Assembly: GCA_040767195.1 (NCBI GenBank)
Contig: JAXGPA010000001.1
Coordinates: forward strand, 96,001 to 160,000
Source: Syntrophales bacterium
GTDB lineage: Bacteria; Desulfobacterota; Syntrophia; Syntrophales; UBA6807
Length of the DNA: 64,000 nt
Direction of reading: 5' to 3'
Below are positions 49,126 through 62,064 of this stretch, one piece after another. Under the pieces are notes generated by a model, which was given only the letters and a program-made list of their open reading frames with translations, did no database searches and was not told where the DNA came from. The number at the start of each line of letters is the position of its first letter. Within the stretch, counting starts at the first letter, position 1. A program made the translations under genes and the position numbers.

Positions 49126-49132
49126 GAAAGCC

Positions 49133-49321
49133 ATGGAACTTTTTTTGTCGGCCTTGGGGCTCGTTTTCGTTCTGGAGGGCCTCCCCTATTTCGCCTTTCC
49201 CGAGAAAATGAAAGGATACCTTCTCCGGATTGCCGAAATCCCCGAGGGGCAGCTCCGGGTTTTCGGTTTTCTGTCCGTCATCGGCGGACTCGCCCTCGTT
49301 TACTTCACCCGGCAGGGCTGA
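49133..49321 (+). CDS. DUF2065 family small membrane protein
   Basis: ALGLVFVLEGL.YFAFP..M.....LR..G. Confidence 0.85.
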   Translation: MELFLSALGLVFVLEGLPYFAFPEKMKGYLLRIAEIPEGQLRVFGFLSVIGGLALVYFTRQG

Positions 49322-49346
49322 AAGCCGTCGCCGCGGGGACATTCCC

Positions 49347-51535
<2,189 letters not shown>

Positions 51536-51593
51536 TTCTTTTTTGCATTAAAGCAAGCCTTTTACGGGTTCATCAATTGAGGAGGAAGAAACG

Positions 51594-51920
51594 ATGATCG
51601 AAACCGCTTATGCCATGGGTACAGCGGGACAGGGCGCCGGCGCGCCCGGAAGCGAGTACCATTTCATCATCCTTATGGGTGCCATTTTCGCCATTTTTTA
51701 TTTTCTGCTCATCCGTCCCCAGCAGAAGCGGCAAAAAGCGGTCAAGGAGATGCTCGACCATCTCGGCCACGGTGATCTGGTCGTCACCGTCGGCGGGATC
51801 CACGGAAAGATCACGGGGATCACCGACACCGTCGTCACCCTTGAAATCGCCGACAAGGTCCGCGTCAAAGTCTCGAAAAACCACATCGCCACGGTAAACC
51901 AGAAGGCGCCGAAAGAATAA
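51594..51920 (+). CDS. yajC: Preprotein translocase subunit YajC
   Basis: FYFLLIRPQQKR, GD.VVT.GGIHG. Confidence 0.96.
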   Translation: MIETAYAMGTAGQGAGAPGSEYHFIILMGAIFAIFYFLLIRPQQKRQKAVKEMLDHLGHGDLVVTVGGIHGKITGITDTVVTLEIADKVRVKVSKNHIATVNQKAPKE

Positions 51921-51940
51921 GGTACAGAAAGGGATTTCTC

Positions 51941-53542
51941 ATGGCTTCAAACATCAAGTGGAGAAGCATTTTCGCCGTTCTCATCGCCCTGGCGGGTCTT
52001 TTCTACCTGCTCCCCTCGATGACGGATCATCTTCCCGCTTTCTGGAAATCCTACCTGCCCCACGACAAGATTCATCTCGGTCTCGACCTCCAGGGGGGCA
52101 TGCATCTCGTCCTGGAAGTGGATACGGACAAGGCCGTTGAGAACAGCCTCAACCGGACCGCCGGCGACCTCAAGGATTTTCTCATGGACAGGAAGCTCCG
52201 CTTCCGGGCTTTTGAAATCCAGGAAGGCCGCACCATCTCCCTGGAGCTTCCCGGCCCGGAAGAAGACGAGGCATTCCGTAAAATCCTGACGGACAGCTTT
52301 CCAAACCTGGATATCCGCTCGAGCCAGTGGGTCGACGGAAGGGAAACACTCGCCCTCGGTTTCCGGCCCAAGGACGCCGATGGGATCCGGACCTTCGCCG
52401 TGGAGCAGAGCCTGGAAACGATCCGGAACCGCATTGACCAGTTCGGGGTGACGGAACCGGAAATCGTTCCCCAGGGGACAGACCGGATCCTCATCCAGCT
52501 GCCCGGTGTGAAGGATCCGAGACGGGCCATCAATCTCATCGGGAAGACGGCCCTCCTGGAATTTCACCTGGTGGACGAAGAACGCAGCCTCGACGAGGCC
52601 CTGAAGGGGAACGTTCCCGAGGGCAGCGCCGTCTACTACGGCACCCAGTACAACCGCCAGACGGGGCAGAGGGTGAGAAACCCGTATCTCCTCAAAGAAA
52701 AGGCGGTCCTCACGGGGGATGCCCTGGAGAATGCCGTCGTCAAGATCAGTGACCGTTTCGGCGAACCCTACGTGGCCCTGAAATTCAACACCCAGGGCGC
52801 CCGGGACTTCGACCGGATCACCGCGGAAAACGTTAAAAAGCGTCTGGCCATCGTCCTTGACGACGTGGTGCACTCGGCCCCGGTCATCCAGGAGCGGATT
52901 TCCGGCGGGGAAGCCCAGATAACCGGTACGTTCACCATGGACGAAGCCCGGGATCTCGCCATCGTCCTTCGGGCGGGCGCCCTGCCGGCACCGGTGAAAA
53001 TCCTGGAACAGAGAACGGTGGGGCCCTCCCTGGGGCAGGACTCGGTTGAGCAGGGATTCCTCTCCATTATCGTCGGAGGCCTTCTCGTCGTCCTCTTCAT
53101 GGTCGTTTATTACCGTTTCTCCGGCCTCATCGCCAACGTGGCCCTCATCATGAACATCATTCTCATCATGGCCGCGCTGGCGGCCTTCGGGGCCACCCTG
53201 ACCCTCCCGGGCATCGCCGGCATCGTTCTCACTATCGGCATGGCCGTGGACGCCAATGTCCTCATTTTCGAACGAATCCGGGAAGAGCTCCGCCTGGGCA
53301 AAACGCCCAGCGCGGCCATCGCCGCCGGATATTCCAAGGCCTTCATCACCATCGTCGACGCCAATGTGACCACCCTGATCGCCGCCCTCGTCCTTTTCCA
53401 GTTCGGGACCGGGCCCATCAAGGGATTCGCCGTCACGCTCAGCATCGGCATCGTGTGCAGCATGTTCACCGCCATCTTCGTGACCCGGATCTTCTTCGAC
53501 TATCTTCTCTGGTTCCGAAAAATCCGGACGGTCAGCATCTAA
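51941..53542 (+). CDS. secD: Protein translocase subunit SecD
   Basis: LGLDLQGG, NRIDQFGVTEP, LRAGALPA, GPSLG, GMAVDANVLIFERIREE. Confidence 0.97.
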   Translation: MASNIKWRSIFAVLIALAGLFYLLPSMTDHLPAFWKSYLPHDKIHLGLDLQGGMHLVLEVDTDKAVENSLNRTAGDLKDFLMDRKLRFRAFEIQEGRTISLELPGPEEDEAFRKILTDSFPNLDIRSSQWVDGRETLALGFRPKDADGIRTFAVEQSLETIRNRIDQFGVTEPEIVPQGTDRILIQLPGVKDPRRAINLIGKTALLEFHLVDEERSLDEALKGNVPEGSAVYYGTQYNRQTGQRVRNPYLLKEKAVLTGDALENAVVKISDRFGEPYVALKFNTQGARDFDRITAENVKKRLAIVLDDVVHSAPVIQERISGGEAQITGTFTMDEARDLAIVLRAGALPAPVKILEQRTVGPSLGQDSVEQGFLSIIVGGLLVVLFMVVYYRFSGLIANVALIMNIILIMAALAAFGATLTLPGIAGIVLTIGMAVDANVLIFERIREELRLGKTPSAAIAAGYSKAFITIVDANVTTLIAALVLFQFGTGPIKGFAVTLSIGIVCSMFTAIFVTRIFFDYLLWFRKIRTVSI

Positions 53543-53565
53543 ACAGAAACGCAGGAGACCTTTTC

Positions 53566-54483
53566 ATGGAACTCATCAAACCCGGGACGAATCTTGATTT
53601 TGTCGGTAAAATGAAACCGGCCTTCTCCCTTTCCCTGGCTCTCATCGTGATTTCCGTTCTCTCCGTCATCCTTCACGGGGGGTTGATCATGGGAATCGAC
53701 TTCGCCGGCGGCACCCTCGTTCAGCTGAAGTTCCAGAAACCGGCGACGGTAGAGCAGATCCGGGAGGCCCTCAAGGAGGTGAACCTGCAGGACAGCGTCA
53801 TCCAGGACTTCGGTTACGAGGGGAATGAGTTTCTCGTCAAAACGGCCAGTTCGACCTCCGAATTGAAAGGGTTCTCCGACACCATCGAGGACGCCCTCGC
53901 AACGGTTTTCGCCCGGGAGGATTTCGAGGTGCGGCGCGTGGAAATGGTGGGTCCCAAGGTTGGCAGCGACCTGCGCCAGAAAGGTCTTCTTTCCATCCTT
54001 TACGCCATGATCGGAATCCTCATCTACATCACGTGGCGTTTCGAGTTCCGTTACGCCGTCGGGGCCGTGGCGGCCCTGCTTCACGACGTCATCATCACCG
54101 TGGGCATCTTTTCCCTCCTGGGAAAGGAATTCACCCTGCCCATCGTGGCCGCTCTTCTGACGATCATCGGGTATTCCCTCAACGACACCATCGTCGTGTA
54201 CGACCGGATCCGGGAAAACCGACGGGCGAACATCCGGGGGGACCTGGCCGTCACCGTCAATTCCAGCATCAACCAGACCTTGAGCCGGACCCTTCTCACG
54301 GCGGGGACGACTCTCCTGGTCGTGGCGGCTCTCTTTTTCCTGGGCGGTGCGGTCATCCACGATTTCGCCTTCGCTCTCATCGTGGGCATCGTTGTGGGAA
54401 CCTACTCCTCCATTTTTATCGCGAGCCCCACCATCCTCGTCTGGGAGCGGGTGCGTCCGGCCAGGAAAAAGAAAAAAGGGTGA
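53566..54483 (+). CDS. secF: Protein translocase subunit SecF
   Basis: GIDFAGG, VGPKVG, LHDV, GYSLNDTIVVYDRIREN, GTYSSIFIA. Confidence 0.97.
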   Translation: MELIKPGTNLDFVGKMKPAFSLSLALIVISVLSVILHGGLIMGIDFAGGTLVQLKFQKPATVEQIREALKEVNLQDSVIQDFGYEGNEFLVKTASSTSELKGFSDTIEDALATVFAREDFEVRRVEMVGPKVGSDLRQKGLLSILYAMIGILIYITWRFEFRYAVGAVAALLHDVIITVGIFSLLGKEFTLPIVAALLTIIGYSLNDTIVVYDRIRENRRANIRGDLAVTVNSSINQTLSRTLLTAGTTLLVVAALFFLGGAVIHDFAFALIVGIVVGTYSSIFIASPTILVWERVRPARKKKKG

Positions 54484-54524
54484 TCCTGGAAACGGAGATC
54501 CAGACTTTATAAGGTCCTTGTAAC

Positions 54525-55043
54525 TTGTCCAATTTAGAAACCGCCGGTTACACGCTCTTCATGCTGGTCCTTTTCCTGGGAATCTTCGCCATTCACCTCG
54601 GCCTCCCGGGAACGATCCTCATTTTTCTGGACACCCTCGTCTTTGCCGGCTCGACGGGCTTCGAGCCTCTCGGCCCCGTCGTGCTCGCTTCCCTCTTCTT
54701 TCTTGTGATCGTGGCTGAAGGGGGCGACTTCTGGCTCACGTCCATGGGACCGCAGAAATTTCCGTCCTACTCGTTTGGCCAAGGCCTCGCCGTCCTTGCC
54801 GCCGCCGTGACGGGCGCTTTTATCCTCGGCCGCCATCTCCAGGGCCTGGGCCTTTTTGCAGGTTTCTACCTGGGGGGGCTCGCGGGCTCCTTTACCGTTC
54901 AGTCCGTGCGGGACATGAAACTGAAACCGGCCTTTCGAAACGGGCTGAAAAACATCGCCCTTTCCACGGCCCGGAGCGCCCTGAGGGGACTCATGGCCCT
55001 TTTCATGACCGTCATCGCCCTGTCGTCGATTTACACATCATAA
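54525..55043 (+). CDS. DUF456-like membrane protein
   Basis: GLPG and four to five hydrophobic helices; located between secF and lepB. Confidence 0.65.
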   Translation: MSNLETAGYTLFMLVLFLGIFAIHLGLPGTILIFLDTLVFAGSTGFEPLGPVVLASLFFLVIVAEGGDFWLTSMGPQKFPSYSFGQGLAVLAAAVTGAFILGRHLQGLGLFAGFYLGGLAGSFTVQSVRDMKLKPAFRNGLKNIALSTARSALRGLMALFMTVIALSSIYTS

Positions 55044-55056
55044 AAAGGAGATACCG

Positions 55057-55671
55057 GTGCCGAAGAGCAGATCCTCTGTCATCATCGAATACGGAAAAGC
55101 CATTTTCATCGCCGTTCTGATCGCCCTTTTCATCCGGACGTTCGTCGTCCAGGCCTTCAAGATCCCCTCCGGTTCCATGAAGCCCACCCTTCTCGTGGGT
55201 GACTGGCTCCTGGTCAACAAGTTTCTCTACGGCGTCAGGATCCCCTTCATGAGAGCGACCCTGATCCCGGTGAGCGAACCAAAGCGGGGCGACGTCATCG
55301 TTTTCATTTACCCCATGGACAAGAGCAAGGACTTCATCAAGCGGGTCATCGGGACGGCCGGGGACACCATTGAAATCCGGGACAAGAAAGTCTACATCAA
55401 CGACAATCCGATGGAAAACGACACGGGTGTGCACATGGACAACCTGGTCATCCCCAGGGCCATTCAGCCCCGGGACCATTTCGGACCCGTCACCGTCCCC
55501 GAGGGCACGGTCTTCGTCATGGGCGACAACCGGGACCAGAGCTATGACAGCCGGTTCTGGGGATTCGTCGATCTCAAGGACATCCTGGGAAAAGCCTTCA
55601 TCCTCTACTGGTCCTGGGACAGCGAGGAAGGGGCGGTCCGGTGGGACCGCATCGGGGACATCATCCACTGA
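55057..55671 (+). CDS. lepB: Signal peptidase I
   Basis: IPSGSMKPTL, FIKRVIG, MGDNRD.SYDSRFWG. Confidence 0.96.
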   Translation: MPKSRSSVIIEYGKAIFIAVLIALFIRTFVVQAFKIPSGSMKPTLLVGDWLLVNKFLYGVRIPFMRATLIPVSEPKRGDVIVFIYPMDKSKDFIKRVIGTAGDTIEIRDKKVYINDNPMENDTGVHMDNLVIPRAIQPRDHFGPVTVPEGTVFVMGDNRDQSYDSRFWGFVDLKDILGKAFILYWSWDSEEGAVRWDRIGDIIH

Positions 55672-55772
55672 CGGCTTGACGAAAGAAACCGCCGTCTTTG
55701 CCGCCTTTCGTCACGAATCGTTCCGACGTCCCGGAAGGGTCACCCATTGCACCTGTTGTCACCCATTGTACC

Positions 55773-55801
55773 TTGACTTGCTTCCCCACGGCTGTTATAG
55801 T
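55773..55801 (+). promoter_or_regulatory. sigma70 promoter of pyrR-pyrB-pyrC
   Basis: TTGACT-17 nt-TATAGT with extended TG. Confidence 0.7.
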
Positions 55802-55867
55802 GCTTTCGACACAAGAGGGTTGATCCAGGTTGTCGACGATGAAAGCCACGATTTCCATAGCGGATAA

Positions 55868-55902
55868 AAAGGCCTTCCCGGTTCAGGGAAGGCTTTTTTT
55901 TT
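55868..55902 (+). terminator. Intrinsic terminator in the pyrR leader (attenuator)
   Basis: GCCTTCCC-GGTTCA-GGGAAGGC followed by nine T, between promoter and pyrR ATG. Confidence 0.8.
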
Positions 55903-55925
55903 GAAATTCGGAAGGGACGGAGGCC

Positions 55926-56459
55926 ATGAAAAAAGTCGTCATGAATGATGAGGAAATCGAGAGATCCCTGACCCGGATCGCTTATGAGATCCTGGAAAGA
56001 AACCGGGGCGCCGAATCTCTCATTATCGTCGGCATCCGGACGGGGGGGATCTTTCTGGCCAGTCGTCTCCGGGACCGCATCTCGTCCATAGAAGAGAAGG
56101 AAGTTCCCTTCGGCATCCTCGACGTCACTTTTTACCGGGACGACGTCACATCCCTGGGCAGAAAACCCAAGCCGGGCCGGACGGACATTCCCTTTTCCGT
56201 GGATCAGAAAAAAGTCATCCTCGTGGATGACGTGCTTTTCACGGGCCGGACCATCCGGGCGGCCATGGACGCCCTGATCGACTTCGGCCGCCCGAAGATG
56301 ATCCAACTGGCCGTGCTTGTGGACCGGGGGCACCGGGAACTGCCCATCTGTCCCGATTACGTGGGCCTCAATCTTCCCTCGAGTCTCTGGGAAAAGGTCA
56401 ATGTTCACCTTTCCGAACACATCGGGAAGGATGAGGTCATCATCGAAGAAGAAGGCTGA
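55926..56459 (+). CDS. pyrR: Pyrimidine operon regulator/uracil PRTase PyrR
   Basis: RIAYEILERN, GIRTGG, LDVTFYRDD, VDDVLFTGRTIRAA, DRGHRELP. Confidence 0.96.
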   Translation: MKKVVMNDEEIERSLTRIAYEILERNRGAESLIIVGIRTGGIFLASRLRDRISSIEEKEVPFGILDVTFYRDDVTSLGRKPKPGRTDIPFSVDQKKVILVDDVLFTGRTIRAAMDALIDFGRPKMIQLAVLVDRGHRELPICPDYVGLNLPSSLWEKVNVHLSEHIGKDEVIIEEEG

Positions 56460-56474
56460 CGGGGGACACGATCC

Positions 56475-57395
56475 ATGAAGCTTCGCCATAAAGACATCCT
56501 CGGGATGAAGGAACTCACGGCCGAGGAGATCAACCTGATCCTGGACACGGCGGACTCCTTCGCCGAGGTGTCCACCCGGGACATCAAGAAGGTCCCCACG
56601 CTCCGAGGGAAAACGATCATCAACCTCTTCTACGAGGCGAGTACGCGGACAAGAACATCCTTTGAAATCGCCGCCAAGAGGTTGAGCGCCGACGCCGTCA
56701 ACATCTCCACGTCCACGAGCAGTGTCGTCAAGGGGGAAACCCTCATCGACACCGCGAGAACCCTCGAGGCGATGAACCCCGACATCGTCATCATCCGCCA
56801 CAGCGCGTCCGGGGCCCCCCACCTGATCGCCCGCCTGGTCCGGCATTCGGTCATCAACGGCGGCGACGGTTTCCATGAGCACCCCACCCAGTCTCTCCTG
56901 GACATGCTGACCATACGGCGCCGGAAGGGCACCCTGAAAGGGCTCGACGTGGCCATTGTCGGGGACATCGCCCACAGCCGGGTCGCCCACTCGAACATTC
57001 ACGGCCTCACCAAGATGGGGTGCCGGGTGACGGTCTGCGGTCCGGCCCCGATGATCCCCCGGGACATCGAAAAGCTCGGGGCCGCCGTTACATGCGACAT
57101 GAACGAGGCCGTCCGGGACCGGGACATCGTCATGATGCTCCGGATCCAGCTCGAAAGGCACCGGGCCGCCTTTCCGTCCATCCGGGAATACGCCAAGTTC
57201 TACTGCCTGAACCGGGAACGCCTCGAGATGGCCAGGCCCGGCGCCCTGGTCATGCACCCCGGACCGATAAACCGGGGAACGGAGATCGCTCCGGACATTG
57301 CCGACGGCCTTCAGTCGGTGATTCTCGAGCAGGTCACCAACGGCATTGCCGTCCGCATGGCCCTGTTATACCTTCTTTCGGGAGGCTCCTCATGA
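56475..57395 (+). CDS. pyrB: Aspartate carbamoyltransferase catalytic subunit
   Basis: [27 protein letters not shown]. Confidence 0.97.
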   Translation: MKLRHKDILGMKELTAEEINLILDTADSFAEVSTRDIKKVPTLRGKTIINLFYEASTRTRTSFEIAAKRLSADAVNISTSTSSVVKGETLIDTARTLEAMNPDIVIIRHSASGAPHLIARLVRHSVINGGDGFHEHPTQSLLDMLTIRRRKGTLKGLDVAIVGDIAHSRVAHSNIHGLTKMGCRVTVCGPAPMIPRDIEKLGAAVTCDMNEAVRDRDIVMMLRIQLERHRAAFPSIREYAKFYCLNRERLEMARPGALVMHPGPINRGTEIAPDIADGLQSVILEQVTNGIAVRMALLYLLSGGSS

Positions 57396-58675
57396 AGCGG
57401 TTGCTGAAAGGCGCTCGGATCATCGATCCTTCGCAAAACATGGACGGCCTGTTCGACCTTCTCATCGAGGACGGCCGGGTGGTGATGACGGGAGAGAAAC
57501 TGGCGGGGGGCGGAAACGGCCCCGTGGAGGAGTGGAATCTCGCCGGGAAGATTATCGTTCCCGGCCTCATCGACATGCACACCCACCTTCGAGAGCCCGG
57601 TTTCGAATACAAGGAAACCATCGCCACGGGAAGTTCGGCGGCGGCGGCCGGCGGTTTCACCGCCATCGCCGCCATGGCCAACACGAGCCCGGTGAACGAC
57701 AACCGCTCCGTAACCGAGTTCATCCTTCGAAGGGCCCGGGAAGCGGACATCGTCCGGGTCTACCCCGTCGCCGCCATCAGCCGGGGCCTCGAAGGCGACG
57801 TCCTCACCGAATTCGGCGACTTGAAAGAGGCGGGGGCCGTCGCCTTTTCCGACGATGGAAAATGGGTGGCCGACAGCAGCCTCATGAGGCAGGCCCTGGA
57901 ATACGCGGCGTCCTTCCGCATGCCCGTCATTTCCCACTGCGAGGACCCGTTTCTCACGGAAAACGGATCCATGAACGAAGGGCTCATGTCCACGGAACTC
58001 GGGCTCCGGGGAATACCTTCCATCGCCGAGGAGATCGCCGTCCGAAGGGACATCGCCCTGGCGTGGTACACGGGGGTCTCCGTTCACATCGCCCACGTGA
58101 GTACCGAAGGATCGGTCCGGGCCATCAGGGAAGCGAAGAAGGCGGGCATTCCCGTCACCGCGGAAACGGCGCCCCACTACTTCACCCTGACGGAAGACCA
58201 CCTGGCCACGTACGACACGGCCTTCAAGGTGAACCCGCCGCTGCGGTCGGCCAGGGACGTGGAAGCGGTCAAGTCGGGCCTGGCGGACGGCACCATCGAT
58301 GTCATCGCCTCCGATCACGCCCCCCACTCTTCCATGGAAAAGGACGTGGAATTCGAATACGCCGCCTTCGGCATGATCGGCCTGGAAACCTCCCTCGGCC
58401 TCTCCATGAAACTGGTGAAAGACCGGGTCCTCTCCCTGGGACAGCTCGTCGAAAAGATGAGCGTGAACCCCGCCCGGATACTGGGCGTCCCCGGGGGGAC
58501 CCTGAAGGCCGGCTCCGACGCCGATGTCACCGTCATCGACCCGAACGTCTGCTGGAAGGTCCGCCTGGAGTCCCTGCGGTCCCGAAGCCGGAATTCCCCC
58601 TTCGGCGGCTGGGCCATGGAAGGGAAATCCCTCATGACCCTGGTGGGCGGCGAGATCCGGCACGACGAAACCTGA
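57392..58675 (+). CDS. pyrC: Dihydroorotase
   Basis: [38 protein letters not shown]. Confidence 0.96.
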   Translation: MKRLLKGARIIDPSQNMDGLFDLLIEDGRVVMTGEKLAGGGNGPVEEWNLAGKIIVPGLIDMHTHLREPGFEYKETIATGSSAAAAGGFTAIAAMANTSPVNDNRSVTEFILRRAREADIVRVYPVAAISRGLEGDVLTEFGDLKEAGAVAFSDDGKWVADSSLMRQALEYAASFRMPVISHCEDPFLTENGSMNEGLMSTELGLRGIPSIAEEIAVRRDIALAWYTGVSVHIAHVSTEGSVRAIREAKKAGIPVTAETAPHYFTLTEDHLATYDTAFKVNPPLRSARDVEAVKSGLADGTIDVIASDHAPHSSMEKDVEFEYAAFGMIGLETSLGLSMKLVKDRVLSLGQLVEKMSVNPARILGVPGGTLKAGSDADVTVIDPNVCWKVRLESLRSRSRNSPFGGWAMEGKSLMTLVGGEIRHDET

Positions 58676-58725
58676 CGACTTCGTAAAAAATCCGATCTTA
58701 GCGTTACGCTTCATCCCTCGTCACG
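58674..58725. repeat. Truncated diverged copy of the 43711 element end
   Basis: Ungapped 35/52 identity to reverse complement of 43785-43836 by manual alignment (16 of the last 17 identical). Confidence 0.6.
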
Positions 58726-58771
58726 AACAATCAAAGGGGACAGAGTTGAAATCTGTCCCCTTTGATTGTTC
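58725..58771. repeat. REP-like GGGGACAG hairpin with perfect 20-bp stem
   Basis: GAACAATCAAAGGGGACAGA-GTTGAAA-TCTGTCCCCTTTGATTGTTC; same core as 25401-25467. Confidence 0.78.
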
Positions 58772-58941
58772 ATTCCTCTTTACGTCTTTTCACGCCCTGT
58801 TACCGCCTTCGGGTGTCCCTTGTTCTTACCGGCAAGGAGTGGTATAAAGATCAGCGTTCACCGTTGACTTCCCGAAAAAAGCGATTTTGAGACTTCGCTG
58901 CGGGCGCATCATCCTTTTTCCGCTGAAAAACGAGGATTTTC

Positions 58942-60300
58942 ATGGCCGATCCGGGAGATTTCACGACAAAATTGAGTCAACTGCGGGAGTGGATCCGGGA
59001 AAACCGGGAGTTCGACATCCTCGACCTCTTCACCGACCTTCACCCCGCCGACATCGCCGAACTCATCGATCACCTGGAGGAGCAGGAAAAAATTCGCCTT
59101 TTCTCCCTTCTGGAAGTGGAAAAGGCGTCCGACGTCATCCTCGAACTGAGCGACCTTTCGAAAGAGGAAATCCTCGGTGATCTTTCGAGTAAGCAGATCG
59201 CCGAAATCATCGACGAGATGGATTCGGACGACGCGGCGGACCTCATCGCCGAGCTCCCGGAAGACCGGGCCCGGGCCATCCTGGAAAAAATCGAACCGGA
59301 AGAATCGGAGGACCTGAAGGAACTCCTCAAGTACGAGGAAGACACCGCCGGCGGTCTCATGCAGTCGGAGATGGTCACCGTTTCCGAGGGAACGACGATT
59401 CGGGAAGCCCTCCAGGCGGTGGTGGATGCCTCGGAAGACATCGAAAACGTCTACAACGTGTTTGTCGTCGACGGCGACCGAAGGCTGGTCGGGGTCATCC
59501 CCCTCCAGAAGCTCATCGCCTCCCGGCGGAACCTCCCCGTCATCGAGGCTGTCGAGCGGTCCTATCCCAGCGTACTCGTCAACGTGGACCAGGAGGAAGT
59601 GGCCCGGATGTTCGAAAAGTACGACCTCGTCTCGCTCCCCGTGGTGGATGACGGAAACCGCCTCCTGGGGCGGATCACCGTTGACGACATCGTCGACGTC
59701 ATGGAGGAGGAAACGTCGGAAGACCTCTACCGCATCGCCGGTCTCGAAGAGGACGACAGTATTTTGAACCCGCCCTTCGACTCGGTGAAAAAACGCCTCC
59801 CATGGCTGTGTCTCAACCTCGTCACGGCCTTCGCGTCGGTCGTCGTCATCGGGGTCTTCGAGGAAACGATCCAGATCATGGTGGCTCTCGCCCTTTTCAT
59901 GCCGGTTGTCGCCGGCCTCGGCGGAAACGCCGGGAGCCAGACCCTGGCGCTCGTCGTCCGCGGCCTCGCCATCGGAGAGGTGGACTCGGACAACTCGAGA
60001 AAAGCCGTTCTGCGGCAGTTCGCCGTCGGGACGGTAAACGGCGTCGCCGTCGGCGCCATCGTAGGAGTGGTAGCCTATTTCTGGAAAGGAATGCCCATCC
60101 TGGGTGTCGTTCTGGGGCTCGCCATGATCCTGAACATTCTCATGGGGACCCTCATCGGGACGCTGATCCCGCTGAGCCTCAAGTGGTTCAAGGCGGACCC
60201 GGCCCTGGGGTCCCACATCTTCGTCACCGCGTTCACCGACGCCTTCGGGTTTTTTTCCTTTCTCGGCCTGGCCACCCTTTTCCTCAAAATTCTGACCTGA
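58942..60300 (+). CDS. mgtE: Magnesium transporter MgtE
   Basis: LHPADIA, MDSDDAAD, TAGGLM, CBS pair, RLPWL, GGNAGSQ, DPAL, TAFTD. Confidence 0.96.
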   Translation: MADPGDFTTKLSQLREWIRENREFDILDLFTDLHPADIAELIDHLEEQEKIRLFSLLEVEKASDVILELSDLSKEEILGDLSSKQIAEIIDEMDSDDAADLIAELPEDRARAILEKIEPEESEDLKELLKYEEDTAGGLMQSEMVTVSEGTTIREALQAVVDASEDIENVYNVFVVDGDRRLVGVIPLQKLIASRRNLPVIEAVERSYPSVLVNVDQEEVARMFEKYDLVSLPVVDDGNRLLGRITVDDIVDVMEEETSEDLYRIAGLEEDDSILNPPFDSVKKRLPWLCLNLVTAFASVVVIGVFEETIQIMVALALFMPVVAGLGGNAGSQTLALVVRGLAIGEVDSDNSRKAVLRQFAVGTVNGVAVGAIVGVVAYFWKGMPILGVVLGLAMILNILMGTLIGTLIPLSLKWFKADPALGSHIFVTAFTDAFGFFSFLGLATLFLKILT

Positions 60301-60301
60301 C

Positions 60302-61069
60302 ATGAGAACGCGCGTCAAAACGGCCGGCTTCGTCATTCGAACCCTCGACTACGGGGAATCGGACCGGATCGTGTCCTTCTACACGGAAGAGCACGGCAAG
60401 ATCCGGGGAATCGCCAAGGGGGCCCGGCGAAGCCGGAAGCGCTTTGTCAACGCCCTCGACATTTTTTCATGTTCCACCATACGTTTTTCCCAGGGCGACC
60501 GGGGCGGCCTCGCCTTTATCGAGGGGTGTGACGTGACCCGCCATTACCCGCGCATCCGGGGTGATCTCGACAAGACCCTGACGGCTTCGTACCTCATCGA
60601 GCTGGTGGATCTTTTCACCGTGGACGGAAAGCGCAACACCGCCCTCTTCGTTCTCCTCCGGGACTTTCTCGATCTTATCGAGGAAAGCGACCCCACGGAA
60701 GCCCTCCTCAGGTTTTTCGAATTCCGGCTTCTCGGGCTCTCGGGATACGAGCCCCTGCTGGAAAAATGCGTGGCCTGCCACAGGGGCATCGACGGAATCG
60801 TCCGACCCACCTTTCGTCTTCTCGACGGGGGAATCCGATGCGAGTTCTGCACCGTTCCGGGGGAGAACGATCTTACGATTTCCCCGGGAACCGTCAAAAC
60901 CCTCCTCTTCAGCAGAAACATGACGGTGGAAAGACTCCCCCGGGTCGCTTTTCCCCCTCCCTCGCTCCAGGAAAGCCGCCGGCTTCTCCACGGAATGATC
61001 CACCACATCCTCGGAAGGGAAATCCGTTCGCTCTCCGTCCTCCAGTCCGTGAGCCGGATCCTCCTGTAA
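60302..61069 (+). CDS. recO: DNA repair protein RecO
   Basis: [31 protein letters not shown] zinc finger; upstream of glyQS. Confidence 0.93.
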   Translation: MRTRVKTAGFVIRTLDYGESDRIVSFYTEEHGKIRGIAKGARRSRKRFVNALDIFSCSTIRFSQGDRGGLAFIEGCDVTRHYPRIRGDLDKTLTASYLIELVDLFTVDGKRNTALFVLLRDFLDLIEESDPTEALLRFFEFRLLGLSGYEPLLEKCVACHRGIDGIVRPTFRLLDGGIRCEFCTVPGENDLTISPGTVKTLLFSRNMTVERLPRVAFPPPSLQESRRLLHGMIHHILGREIRSLSVLQSVSRILL

Positions 61070-61075
61070 TTTCGC

Positions 61076-61104
61076 TTGACAGGCCCTTTCACCGATGCTA
61101 TTTC
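61076..61104 (+). promoter_or_regulatory. sigma70-like promoter of glyQS
   Basis: TTGACA-17 nt-TATTTC with extended TG. Confidence 0.5.
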
Positions 61105-61149
61105 CCACCGATCACACCGATGAAACCCCGAACGGGGAAGGAGGCTCCC

Positions 61150-62034
61150 GTGACCTTTCAGGAACTCATCTTTGCCTTGGAAAAGTACTGGGCGGACCAG
61201 GGATGCATCGTTCAGCAGCCCTATGACATCGAGGTGGGGGCGGGCACCTTCAACCCCGCCACCTTCCTGCGGGCCCTCGGCCCGGAGCCCTGGAACGTGG
61301 CCTACGTGGAACCTTCCCGAAGGCCCACGGACGGCCGCTACGGCGAGAACCCCAACCGCCTGCAGCACTACTACCAGTACCAGGTCATCATGAAACCCTC
61401 CCCCCTGGAGATCCAGGAGATGTACATCGATTCCCTCCGCAGCTTCGGGATCGACCCCCTGGCCCATGACATCCGCTTCGTCGAGGACGACTGGGAGTCA
61501 CCCACCCTGGGCGCCTGGGGCCTCGGCTGGGAGGTGTGGCTCGACGGCATGGAAATCACCCAGTTCACCTACTTCCAGCAGGTGGGCGGCTTCGACCTGA
61601 ACCCGGTCTGCGCGGAAATCACCTACGGCATCGAACGGATCGCCATGTATCTTCAGAAGGTGGACAACGTGTACGATCTCGACTGGGGACACGGTATCAA
61701 ATACGGTGACGTTCACCACAAGGGGGAAGTCGAATTTTCCACCTACAACTTCGAGAAAGCGGACGTTCCCATGCTGAGGAAGCTGTTCGACATGTACGAG
61801 GCGGAATCCATCGCCATGGCGGAACTGAAACTGGTGCTGCCGGCCTACGACTACTGCCTCAAGTGTTCCCATGTCTTCAACATCCTCGACGCCCGGGGCG
61901 CCATCAGCGTCACCGAAAGAACGAGCTACATCGGGCGGGTTCGGAATCTGGCGAGACTCTCCGCCGAAGGCTATCTGAAACAGCGGGAGGCCATGGGGTA
62001 TCCCCTCATGGGCCGGTGGCCGAAGAAGCGCTGA
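61150..62034 (+). CDS. glyQ: Glycine-tRNA ligase alpha subunit
   Basis: [45 protein letters not shown] with GGAGG SD. Confidence 0.98.
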   Translation: MTFQELIFALEKYWADQGCIVQQPYDIEVGAGTFNPATFLRALGPEPWNVAYVEPSRRPTDGRYGENPNRLQHYYQYQVIMKPSPLEIQEMYIDSLRSFGIDPLAHDIRFVEDDWESPTLGAWGLGWEVWLDGMEITQFTYFQQVGGFDLNPVCAEITYGIERIAMYLQKVDNVYDLDWGHGIKYGDVHHKGEVEFSTYNFEKADVPMLRKLFDMYEAESIAMAELKLVLPAYDYCLKCSHVFNILDARGAISVTERTSYIGRVRNLARLSAEGYLKQREAMGYPLMGRWPKKR

Positions 62035-62064
62035 CCCCCCAACCAACCAAACGGGAGCATTTCA

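Noticed and set aside
61104..61150. T-box upstream of glyQS
   Set aside because: Leader too short and no T-box motif
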